Made by a program: the position numbers and the translations under genes. The notes beneath the pieces are model-generated. The model was not told the origin of the DNA, ran no database searches, and saw only the letters and a list, made by a program, of their open reading frames with translations. Of a DNA stretch of 29,220 nucleotides, positions 11,946 to 20,347 are shown piece by piece (positions within the stretch are counted from its first letter, which is position 1; every line of letters starts with the position of its first letter). Origin of the DNA: an uncultured Verrucomicrobiota bacterium (GTDB lineage: Bacteria; Verrucomicrobiota; Kiritimatiellia; RFP12; UBA1067); assembly GCA_945947925.1 (NCBI GenBank), contig CAMEZU010000001.1, positions 1 through 29,220 of the forward strand, written 5' to 3'.

Positions 11946-14510
11946 TCAGCGGATGACGATGGAGAAGCCTGTCAGCTTCTGACACTCGAAACATCCGATG
12001 TCAATGCGGTTCTTCCCCTTGACGTCAAACACACGCGGATTACCCGCAAGGTCAACGGAGGGCAGTAGAGCAAGACCTGTCTGCGTACCCATGTTCACGG
12101 CCGAACCACCAGTCTTCAGCGTATAGTCACCCTTCGCGAAGTCCTTGAAGATCGATGATAGCGGCGCGGCGAAACTCTTCGACGAGAGCGTTACCGTATC
12201 ATCCGTCAGATTGTTGTCGAACGTGCAGTGCTCAAGATCAACCTTCGCCGACGTATACTTCGCCTTGCCCGTCTCATAGTTACCGGCAATGATGTTGTTA
12301 CGCAGGCGACCGTACCAGGTCGTACAATGAACACCCGCCGAATCCTCTGCCAGCGAGCCCTCGACGACATTTCCGGCGATCGTGCAGTTCTCGACCTGCG
12401 TATTGTTATTGCTTCCGCCGAAACGGATACCGGCAGCACCCGAACGCGCCGTATCGCCCGACGTCACATAGCGGTTCGCGGCAATCAGCGAATTGCTGAT
12501 GCGGCCGTTCTGCGAATTGTAGGGCACGAACACGGCGCCGCCCGCCAATCCCTGATTGCCGGACGTTCCCTCGACGACATTGTTCGTGATGACGCAATGC
12601 GTGAGCGTCGCGCCACTTCCGAGTTCGACGCCGCCACCGGCCGCATTGCTTGCGCCGACAAGCGCATAGCCGCCACGGATGACGCAGTTCGAGACAACGC
12701 CGGACGCCAGCCGGAGGTTCGCACCGTTCGCATCCTTGACGCGTCCGTTCTCGATCGTCACGTTTGCAAGGGAGGCTCCGGCATTGTTTAGCTCAATGGT
12801 TCGATGATAGTAGGTGTCGGGCGTCTCGGTCGTATTGCGCAGGATCACGCCCTCCGGCGTCGCGCCGAGACCGACGATCGTCAGGGCCTTGCCGACGGAT
12901 GTCTGATCCGTCGTCTCGTAGACGCCTTCTCCCACGAGAATGGTGTAGCCGTCCGCAGATGCCGACACAGCAGCCTTCAACGAAGCAAACCCCTTCTCCG
13001 GCGTGTCATACGGGAATTCCGGCTTGGCATTCCCCAGCGTCACATAGACCGTATCCGAGGCGATCTGCGCATACCCGTCATAAACCATCTCGGCCTCTTC
13101 CTCTTCGGATTCATTTCGCGCCGTGATCGTCACCGTGTAGACACCGGGCTTTTCGTACGTATGCGTAATCGTCCCCGTCGCCACCGTCTCGGGACCCGAT
13201 CCGTCGCCGAAATCGTAGGTGAACGTCACATTCTCAGGGGACGCCGAATTCTCCGCAACATGCGTAAACGTCGCAACCGCCGGGGCCGTCGTCTGATCAA
13301 GCGTCATGCCGCTGATGCGCACGATCATGTCCGGCTTCTGAAACTCAAAGCAGCCGATGTCAATTGTGCCGCTCATGCGCGGATGGCCCTCGAGATCCGT
13401 CGTCGAAGCGGATGCGCCCCGCGGATCCGCCCCGCCCGCATCGATCAAGGCGGAACCCTGCGCCGGATGATAATCACCCGCCGCGTAACCGACAAAGTCG
13501 TTCTCATCAATCACCACCAGCGTCGGGAAGGTGGTCGTCGACAGCGTATTGGCCGCCATCGCGCAATTGATGAACTGGGCGTCCGTAGACGTGGGCTGGT
13601 TGCCGCTCCATTCCCCGACGGTTCCATCCAGTTTACGATTGCCGAAGATCACGCAGTTGACGAGCGTCTGCTTGGCGTCCCAAGACCATACGCCATACGC
13701 CTTGTTGTTGACGACCGTCGTGTTGTACACCTTGCTCCCGGATGCCTGCAGCATCAAGCCGCCGCACTCGCACTGCTCGATCAGACAGTCTTCAACCTCG
13801 GCTCCGTTATTTCCGATTTGCACGCTGCCGCGCTCATAATAGAACGTGCCATCCTCTTTCTTCGTCGTCGTACCACCGATCATGTGGCAACGGCTCATCT
13901 TCGCTGCACCGTTCATCATAACGTTAACGCCCTTGGAAGTATCCCAAGCCGTGCCAGTGCTTTTGATCTGACCATCGCGAATGACACAATCAACTATCGT
14001 ACCGCCCGAAACGTAAATGTTTCCGCCATTCGACGTCGCCACGCCGTTCTTCACGACACAGTTCGTGAGCGTACCTCCCGACATCTCAATGACGCCACCT
14101 CTATCAGCCTTGGATTCGGGATGTCCTTCAAGCGTCAGGTTTTCGACCCAGGCACCCGAAGCCATGCGCAGCGTACGATGCGATCCGTCGGACTTGATGA
14201 TCACGTCGTCACGCGTCGCGCCTTCACCGACCATCTTCACGCACAAGTTCGGGCCCCACTTCGAGTTATTGTCCGCCGCACCATCGTCGTGGTGCGTGAG
14301 ATACGTACCTGGCGCAACATGAATGACGTCACCCGCCGCACGCGCCGTCACGACAGCCTTGGTGATTGTCGCGAACGGTGCCGAGGTCGAACCGTCGTTG
14401 TCGTCACTGGCATTGTCGCCACCGACATAGTAATCGGCGGCCAGCACACGGACACCCGCCGTGAACGCCAGCGCAACCGCCGCAAAATTCTTGATCCTCA
14501 GAGTAGCCAT
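11946..14510 (-). CDS. Secreted protein with two right-handed beta-helix modules, each ending in a choice-of-anchor-Q-like motif, separated by a PKD domain
   Basis: AGGAG then MATLRIKNFAAVALAF. Module starts YYVGGDNASDDNDGST..PFATI and VYVT..DTPEKGFASL; GG/GA-x-hydrophobic beta-helix turns; DLEGHPRMSGTIDIGCFE and DLAGNPRVFD..IDIGCFE; PKD FTYDFGDGS..THTYEKPGVYTVTIT; ends TGFSIVIR. Confidence 0.8.
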   Translation of the reverse strand: MATLRIKNFAAVALAFTAGVRVLAADYYVGGDNASDDNDGSTSAPFATITKAVVTARAAGDVIHVAPGTYLTHHDDGAADNNSKWGPNLCVKMVGEGATRDDVIIKSDGSHRTLRMASGAWVENLTLEGHPESKADRGGVIEMSGGTLTNCVVKNGVATSNGGNIYVSGGTIVDCVIRDGQIKSTGTAWDTSKGVNVMMNGAAKMSRCHMIGGTTTKKEDGTFYYERGSVQIGNNGAEVEDCLIEQCECGGLMLQASGSKVYNTTVVNNKAYGVWSWDAKQTLVNCVIFGNRKLDGTVGEWSGNQPTSTDAQFINCAMAANTLSTTTFPTLVVIDENDFVGYAAGDYHPAQGSALIDAGGADPRGASASTTDLEGHPRMSGTIDIGCFEFQKPDMIVRISGMTLDQTTAPAVATFTHVAENSASPENVTFTYDFGDGSGPETVATGTITHTYEKPGVYTVTITARNESEEEEAEMVYDGYAQIASDTVYVTLGNAKPEFPYDTPEKGFASLKAAVSASADGYTILVGEGVYETTDQTSVGKALTIVGLGATPEGVILRNTTETPDTYYHRTIELNNAGASLANVTIENGRVKDANGANLRLASGVVSNCVIRGGYALVGASNAAGGGVELGSGATLTHCVITNNVVEGTSGNQGLAGGAVFVPYNSQNGRISNSLIAANRYVTSGDTARSGAAGIRFGGSNNNTQVENCTIAGNVVEGSLAEDSAGVHCTTWYGRLRNNIIAGNYETGKAKYTSAKVDLEHCTFDNNLTDDTVTLSSKSFAAPLSSIFKDFAKGDYTLKTGGSAVNMGTQTGLALLPSVDLAGNPRVFDVKGKNRIDIGCFECQKLTGFSIVIR

Positions 14511-14545
14511 AAACAGTCTCCTCATCCTGAAGTGATGATGTCTAC

Positions 14546-14554
14546 ATTGTAGCA
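14546..14554 (-). promoter_or_regulatory. Extended -10 (TGC-TACAAT) of the beta-helix gene
   Basis: TGn+TACAAT preceded by an AT-rich spacer; no consensus -35. Confidence 0.6.
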
Positions 14555-14570
14555 AAAACCAAGTTTTTGA

Positions 14571-14609
14571 CATATCCTAAACCGCACCTTTTGCATATCC
14601 AAAACCGCA
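14571..14609. promoter_or_regulatory. Tandem direct-repeat operator candidate, copy 1
   Basis: CATATCCTAAACCGCA (14571-14586) and CATATCCAAAACCGCA (14594-14609): 15/16 identical, 23-bp period, over the expected -35 position. Confidence 0.7.
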
Positions 14610-14613
14610 AGAC

Positions 14614-17600
14614 TTACTTCATGCTGTTCTTGAGCCTGCCGGCTTGACGATAGTCGTACATGTTCTCGCCGACCTCACGGGCCGCGCGGGTCAGCCAGGG
14701 GTAGGTGCGGTCGCAGACATCGACGAAACCGACCTGGTACGCCTCGCCGTCGCCGCGGCCCTGCAGCGGCTGGTCGCGGTACTGGAACCAGTGCGCGCCG
14801 ATGATGTTCGGATGCACGAGCGCCCCCTGCATGAAGCGCGTGAGCGAACGGGCGCGCTCGGCCTGGGTGCCGACGGGACAGAGCCCCGCGCTGAACATGC
14901 CGCGGTCGATGCAGCCGAAGTGGAACTCGCCGTGCAGGATCGGCTTGTCGAAGCCGTTGCCGTTGAGAAGTCCCTGCTGCACGTTGTAGATGGAGTTGCA
15001 GTAGCCGTTGATGGAGACGACGTCGCAGAATTCGCCGGCCGCGGACAGGATGTAGGACGACTGGCGGTAGCCGACGAGACGGCAGCCGAGATAGAGCTTG
15101 TTCGGTGCAATCGCCTTGATCGCCTCGCGGCAGGCCTTGAAGTACGCGCGGTAGAATTCCTTTTCGTCCCCACCCGAGGCCGCCGCGGCGCCGCTGATGC
15201 CCGGTTCGTTGTCGATGAAGAAGCCGATGCACATCGGATCCGTCAGCGCCTTCTTGAGCGCCGGATCCTTTGCCGCGTTCGCCTTCACCGCGGCCTTCAG
15301 CTTCGTCTCGAAGTCCGCGGCGAAGCAGTCGTACCACGCGTAGTTCGACAGCGTCGGGACGGACGAGTCGCGCGAGTAGATCGTGCAGACGTACGGCTTG
15401 CGTCCCTTCTGGCAGAGCGCGCCCGCGCTCCAGTTGCCGATCGTGTTGATGCCCCAGGAGTCGAAGCGGTCGAGGAGGAAGTCGTAGTACGGCTCGGTAT
15501 ACGCACTTGTGCCGAACTTCTTCTGAAGGTTCCAGAGCGTGTAGGACATGCTGCCCCTCTTGTTCACCCCGTCGGCGTACCAGGCGGGATGGGCGGGACC
15601 GCTCGACGCGTCCGTCATCGTCCGCGCGACGTTCATCCCGAAGGAGAAGAAGAGGTGTCCCGACGGGGTGACGAACCACCACCTGCCGTCGACCTTTTCC
15701 GTGCGGAAGTGTCCCGTCGCCGTGCGCTGCGGACCGTTCGCCCAGCCGCCGTATTCGTCCCAGGTCGCGGGCGCCGGCTTCAGTTCCGCACGTTCGCGGA
15801 CGAGATCCTCGACGAGCTGCACGTCGTTCGTCACCTTCGCCGACCATTTGTCGTGGATGAACTGTCCGTAGTTGTCGACGAACGGCAGGTATCTCTCGCG
15901 CGGCACGGCGCGGGACTTGTCCGCGAAGGACACCAGCCTGAGGTTCGACACCTTGCAGTCGACAAGTCCCTTGAACTCGTTCTCGTACGGCCACTGGATC
16001 TTGAATGCGATGTCCGTCACATGGTGCGTGTCAATCGTGTACACGCCCTTCGCACCGTCCGGATAGCCGTAGATATCCACATGCGGCAGCAGGAGCATCA
16101 TCGTGCCCTTCTCACCGGGATTGAGGGCGATGCCCGTGTTGACGGAGCGGTTCTGCGCCAGGATCGCCGCGGCATGGTCGTCCGAGTCGGTGATGACGCC
16201 GCCCGCTGACACGTGCATCGTCAGGCGCATCTGCCGCGTCGTCGAAAGGTTCTCGACGTCCGCCGCGAGGTAGCGGCCCTGCGAGAGGTCGACGCCGTTG
16301 CTGTTCGAATAGAGCGCGCCCGTGCTCCATTCCGCGCTCGGCATCTGCAGGCGCACGGCCCCCTTGCCCAACTTCAAGACCGTCGCCTTGTAGACGGGTG
16401 CGAAGTCCTCCATCGTGAACGGCAGCGGATCCGGCTGCGGCTCGGTGATGGAGATGAAGAACCCGTGGAAGATCTGCTTCTTCACGCGGCAGTTCTGGAA
16501 GAACGCGACGGCCTGATGCTCCTTCGCCCAGGAGGAACCCGCAAAACCGACGTAGAGCCGTTCGGGCCAGCCGTCCAGCGACCGCGTCGCGACCTTGCGT
16601 CCGTCGATGTAGACGTTCAACTTACCTTCGAGACGCTCGAGGCCGATGCGCGCCGTGCCCGTGCCGAGGTTCCGCGAGAAGAACGTCGTGAGCGCCGCGC
16701 CCGTCCGGTTGCGCATCTGCGCCATCAGGCGTCCGTCGGCATACGACCGCACCGCCGTGATGCAGCGCGCGTTCGCCGCGGTCGGCGACTCGCGCACGCA
16801 GAGTCCGAGGCGGCGCCACACGCCCTTGCCCCCGTTGTATCCTGTCGGCAACGAGACGTTCGCCTCGATGAGGAAGTCGCCGTCCATCGGCCGCGCGAGG
16901 AAGTGGATCGCGTCGGTCGTCAGTCCGTTGTCGAACGACCCCTCGCCGGACGAGGCCAGGAAGGTGAGGTCGAACGCGTCGGGGCGGCGTCCTCCCGTCG
17001 AGAGCGTCCCTTCGAGGATCGAGTTGCCGGGGATGGACGTCCCGATGTCGTAGTCGCGCCAGGCGCCGAAGACGCCGTCCCGGTCGAGCCGCACGGGAGA
17101 AGACGCCGTGCGCGTCGTCGACAGCCATTCCTTCGGCAGCGGCGCCCAGTCCGTCCCGTCCCGCCGCCAGGCGAAGGAGAAGCTGCCGGAGCCCGTGCCG
17201 TTCCCCTTCCTCCACATCACGTTGATCGGATAGCGCCGGCCGGCCGTGAGGCGGATCCACCCGCTTTCGTCGGTCCGCGTCCCGGTGACGCGGTCGAACG
17301 CCGTGAAGACGTCGGTCCCGCCCAGCGAGAGCTTGGCGCAACCGTTCGCGTAGCTCTGGCGGAACCGGTAGTAGCCGCTCACAGGCACGGTGAGAAAGCC
17401 GTGCCACAGCGAATAGAAGTTCTGGCGGTCGACCGTCTGGCCCGCGTCGGTGACGTAGGGACCGTCCGCCACGTCCCAGGCGGACGGCAGCGTGCCGATC
17501 AGCGTCAGGTCCGGCATCGCGGCGGAAGGTCCGTCCTGCCACGACCGGTACACGGCCTGCCAGAGCCCCTTGCCGTCCGGCGTCCGCTGCGTCGGCGCGA

Positions 17601-19038
17601 GCGTCGCCGTCATCGCCGGCAGGGTCGGCCAGGCGAAGCCGAGCGACCAGAACGAGGCGGCGTTCGCCGAGACGGACAGCGCGACGCCCGTGTCGCCCTT
17701 CCAGGCATCGATCGTCTTTGCGCCGCTCGCGGGCACCGAGACGCGCGCCACCGTCCCCGTCATGCCGTCGGGCGCCGCCTCCGTCACGGTCACCGTCCAG
17801 CCCGCCACGAAGGAGGCGCAGGCGTCCGACCACCACCAGCCCTGGCTCCCCAGCCGCCGCCCCGTCACCTGACGGCGCTCGGCGTCCGTCCCCGTCATGA
17901 CGCGACAGGTCAGTGCGCCGGACGCTTCCCGTGTGACGGACAGTTCGGGCGTCACGCTCACGGGCACAAACGAGATGCGCGAGAACCGCGCCGTCTCGGT
18001 CTTGGACTGCGACCGCGAGAAGACGCCGGGACCGACGCGCAGGTCGCCCGCCCAAAGCCCCGTGGCGGCGATCTCGCCCGCGTTCGTCCAGACGCCCGTC
18101 GACTGGCAGAACGCCAGCGTGAGGCGTCCCTGGCGACGCGTCAGCCGAAGCGGCACCTGCGCCCCGGCGGCGAACGCGTCCGGCACCTGCGTCGCCTTCA
18201 CGGCGCCGCCCTGCTGCGCCCGCACGGCGAACGTCACGCCGCTTCGGCGGACGGCGAGCGAGACGCCGGGACAGATCGCATTCGTGAGCGAGGTGCGCGC
18301 CACAAGCGCCGCCGCGCCGTCCTGCGGCACCGTGCAGGTCGCCTGCAGGACGAAGTCATCCGTTCCCGTCGGCAGCGTGAGCGTGTCGATCTCGTCTCCG
18401 TCGTACATGAAGCCGCGGCCGACGCCCGTCAGCTCGAAGACGCGGGCGGTGGCGTCGTAGGCTACTGTGCCGTAGGCTCTGCGTTGTCCGTAGCCGAAGA
18501 AGGTCCAGGGCTCGGGCACGGGCTCGAGCAGGTTGCCCGAGATCCAGATCGTCTCGTTCGCCGCGACGTCCAGGAGGCGGATCTGGCAGAGTTCGCTCCC
18601 CGTGCCCTCGCGGTATCTGAAGGAAATCGGGTAGCGCCGGTTCGCCTCCAGTTCGATCGGCTCGCTGAACTGCTCCTTGCCGGACGCATAGTTCGGCTGG
18701 TCGATGACACACCGTCCGTTCAGGTGGAGGACGAGTCCGTCGTCAGCGATCGTCTTGAACCGATAAGCGCCGGACTTCGTGACGTGCAGCACGCCGTTGC
18801 CGCGCACCGTGAAGTTGTCAAACGCGGCGAGTCCGTGCGGCGCACCGGACGGCAGCCGACGATCCGCAGCGACGTCCCACGGCTTGTAGTAGGTCGTCGT
18901 GTTGACGTAGGCGCCGCAGACGGCACCGTCCTGCTCGAACACGAGCTGGAGTCCGCCAGGCGCGGCGATGCCCCGCCACGCGGGAAGACAGGCGAGGGCG
19001 CAGGCGCAGAAGAGTCCGAAGGATCGGGGGGTGGTCAT
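14614..19038 (-). CDS. Large secreted multidomain protein: (PA14 + ConA-like/DUF1349-like sandwich) x2 fused to a C-terminal GH50 hydrolase
   Basis: AAGGAG then MTTPRSFGLF signal peptide. PA14 motifs GAYRFKTIADDGLVLHLNG..YPISFRYREGTG and GYYRFRQSYANG..YPINVMWRK. Sandwich motifs FVLQAT..AALVAR and IHFLARPMDGDFLIEANV..GLCVRE. The C-terminal ~600 aa carry all GH50 motifs (FIDNE, HGEFHFG, HWFQYRDQP). Confidence 0.85.
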   Translation of the reverse strand: MTTPRSFGLFCACALACLPAWRGIAAPGGLQLVFEQDGAVCGAYVNTTTYYKPWDVAADRRLPSGAPHGLAAFDNFTVRGNGVLHVTKSGAYRFKTIADDGLVLHLNGRCVIDQPNYASGKEQFSEPIELEANRRYPISFRYREGTGSELCQIRLLDVAANETIWISGNLLEPVPEPWTFFGYGQRRAYGTVAYDATARVFELTGVGRGFMYDGDEIDTLTLPTGTDDFVLQATCTVPQDGAAALVARTSLTNAICPGVSLAVRRSGVTFAVRAQQGGAVKATQVPDAFAAGAQVPLRLTRRQGRLTLAFCQSTGVWTNAGEIAATGLWAGDLRVGPGVFSRSQSKTETARFSRISFVPVSVTPELSVTREASGALTCRVMTGTDAERRQVTGRRLGSQGWWWSDACASFVAGWTVTVTEAAPDGMTGTVARVSVPASGAKTIDAWKGDTGVALSVSANAASFWSLGFAWPTLPAMTATLAPTQRTPDGKGLWQAVYRSWQDGPSAAMPDLTLIGTLPSAWDVADGPYVTDAGQTVDRQNFYSLWHGFLTVPVSGYYRFRQSYANGCAKLSLGGTDVFTAFDRVTGTRTDESGWIRLTAGRRYPINVMWRKGNGTGSGSFSFAWRRDGTDWAPLPKEWLSTTRTASSPVRLDRDGVFGAWRDYDIGTSIPGNSILEGTLSTGGRRPDAFDLTFLASSGEGSFDNGLTTDAIHFLARPMDGDFLIEANVSLPTGYNGGKGVWRRLGLCVRESPTAANARCITAVRSYADGRLMAQMRNRTGAALTTFFSRNLGTGTARIGLERLEGKLNVYIDGRKVATRSLDGWPERLYVGFAGSSWAKEHQAVAFFQNCRVKKQIFHGFFISITEPQPDPLPFTMEDFAPVYKATVLKLGKGAVRLQMPSAEWSTGALYSNSNGVDLSQGRYLAADVENLSTTRQMRLTMHVSAGGVITDSDDHAAAILAQNRSVNTGIALNPGEKGTMMLLLPHVDIYGYPDGAKGVYTIDTHHVTDIAFKIQWPYENEFKGLVDCKVSNLRLVSFADKSRAVPRERYLPFVDNYGQFIHDKWSAKVTNDVQLVEDLVRERAELKPAPATWDEYGGWANGPQRTATGHFRTEKVDGRWWFVTPSGHLFFSFGMNVARTMTDASSGPAHPAWYADGVNKRGSMSYTLWNLQKKFGTSAYTEPYYDFLLDRFDSWGINTIGNWSAGALCQKGRKPYVCTIYSRDSSVPTLSNYAWYDCFAADFETKLKAAVKANAAKDPALKKALTDPMCIGFFIDNEPGISGAAAASGGDEKEFYRAYFKACREAIKAIAPNKLYLGCRLVGYRQSSYILSAAGEFCDVVSINGYCNSIYNVQQGLLNGNGFDKPILHGEFHFGCIDRGMFSAGLCPVGTQAERARSLTRFMQGALVHPNIIGAHWFQYRDQPLQGRGDGEAYQVGFVDVCDRTYPWLTRAAREVGENMYDYRQAGRLKNSMK

Positions 19039-19070
19039 GGGGACAGGTCTCCTTTTTCGATGATGCTGAG

Positions 19071-19076
19071 ATTCTA
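19071..19076 (-). promoter_or_regulatory. -10 element (TAGAAT) of the PA14-GH50 gene
   Basis: TAGAAT upstream of the AAGGAG RBS; same spacing to the tandem repeat as at the beta-helix promoter. Confidence 0.55.
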
Positions 19077-19095
19077 CACGATGGCAAGACATTTT

Positions 19096-19134
19096 CAGAT
19101 CCTAAACCGAATCTAAAACATGTCCGAAACCGTA
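19096..19134. promoter_or_regulatory. Tandem direct-repeat operator candidate, copy 2
   Basis: CAGATCCTAAACCGAA (19096-19111) and CATGTCCGAAACCGTA (19119-19134), 23-bp period; same consensus CAnRTCCnAAACCGnA as 14571-14609. Confidence 0.68.
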
Positions 19135-19143
19135 AATTAATTC

Positions 19144-19173
19144 TTGCGCTGAGACATGCCGGCATGATAGAAT
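19144..19173 (+). promoter_or_regulatory. Sigma70-type promoter of regulator 1
   Basis: TTGCGC (19144-19149), 18-nt spacer, then TAGAAT (19168-19173) with TG extension. It overlaps the track's ATG 19172, which favours ATG 19184. Confidence 0.55.
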
Positions 19174-19183
19174 GGCGTCACGA

Positions 19184-20347
19184 ATGAAGACGATCCTGTT
19201 CATCACCGACCTCCACACGGGATCGCGCGTTCCCGAACTCGCGGGCGTGCGCGAATTCGCGGTGGCGCACGACTGGCATGTCGAGGAAATCGAGGTGGCG
19301 CGCCTCGCACGCCCCGTAGCGGACGTCCTGCGATATTGGAATCCCGAGGGCTGCATCCTCGAGGGATCCTCCAACCTCCTGCCGCCCGCCGAGGAATTTG
19401 GCAACATCCCTGCCGTTCATATCGATGCCGGCGAAGCGGTGGTCAAGGACAAGGCGACATTCGTCGTCTCCAATGATGACGCGGCGATAGCGGACCTGGC
19501 GCTGAAGGAGCTGCTAAAGTCCGACTGCAACGCCTACGCCTTCGTCGGCTGGAGCGCCCGCGTGGCCTGGAGCCGCCACCGGCAAGAGCGCTTCGTCGCG
19601 CGACTCTCGGAAATCGGACGGACGTGCCACGTACTCACGGACCCGTGGACTCTCGGCAACAAGGACGACTTCGCCACGCGTCTCCGCCCCTGGCTTGAGG
19701 CATTGCCCAAGCCCTGCGGACTCTTCGCGGCGAATGACGACATCGCCGCCGCCGTCCTGGACGTCTGCACGATGGCCGGCATCTCGGTGCCGGGCGACAT
19801 CGCCGTCATCGGCGTCGACAACGTGTCCGCCTTCTGCGACAACCTGCGTCCGTCCCTCTCCAGCGTCGAGCCCGACTTCCGCGGCGGCGGACGCATGGCG
19901 GCCGCCCTCCTCCACGAACGGCTCACGAATCCGGCGACGCGTCCGCAGAAGCTCACCTACGCGCCGCTCGGCGTCGAGCCACGCCTTTCCACGCGACGGC
20001 TGGCGTTCTACGGACGCCGCCTTCTCACCGCCCTAGACCTCATCCGATGCGACGCCTGCGCGGGTCTCAAGGCTGCGGATGTCGTCAAGGTCATGGGCGT
20101 CTCCGAGCGCCTCGCCGAGACGCGCTTCAAGGCCGCGACCGGCCACCGCATCACAGAGGAGATCCGCGAGAATCGCTTCCGCCGCGCCTGCGAGCTGCTG
20201 TCGAACCCGCGCCAGGCGATCGGACCGATCGCCACGCTCTGCGGCTGGGAATCGGAGGCCTTCATGAAGCGGGCGTTCAAGGCCCGCTTCGGCTGCACGA
20301 TGCGCGAATGGCGCGACAGGCAGACGACGCGGAGGGCGCACGCATGA
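19184..20347 (+). CDS. XylR-type transcriptional regulator (periplasmic-binding-like sensor + C-terminal AraC HTH)
   Basis: LPKPCGLFAANDDIA, VPGDIAVIGVDN, LSSVEPDF; AraC end RFRRACELL..IGPIATLCGWESEAFMKRAFKARFGCTMREWR. Divergent from the CAZyme cluster. Confidence 0.9.
   Translation: MKTILFITDLHTGSRVPELAGVREFAVAHDWHVEEIEVARLARPVADVLRYWNPEGCILEGSSNLLPPAEEFGNIPAVHIDAGEAVVKDKATFVVSNDDAAIADLALKELLKSDCNAYAFVGWSARVAWSRHRQERFVARLSEIGRTCHVLTDPWTLGNKDDFATRLRPWLEALPKPCGLFAANDDIAAAVLDVCTMAGISVPGDIAVIGVDNVSAFCDNLRPSLSSVEPDFRGGGRMAAALLHERLTNPATRPQKLTYAPLGVEPRLSTRRLAFYGRRLLTALDLIRCDACAGLKAADVVKVMGVSERLAETRFKAATGHRITEEIRENRFRRACELLSNPRQAIGPIATLCGWESEAFMKRAFKARFGCTMREWRDRQTTRRAHA

Noticed and set aside
14571-14609. 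Possible CRISPR or mini-array
   Set aside because: Only two 16-bp units with a 7-nt gap, no cas genes, and promoter geometry explains it better.
16213-19116. 967-aa plus-strand ORF, plus other long shadow ORFs (5657-8299, 8059-10275, 9827-11956, 12804-14552, 14644-16209, 20008-21720, 21800-23245, 24325-25542)
   Set aside because: They are antisense to well-supported genes, Arg/Ala/Pro-rich and without recognisable motifs; expected from stop-codon scarcity in high-GC DNA.
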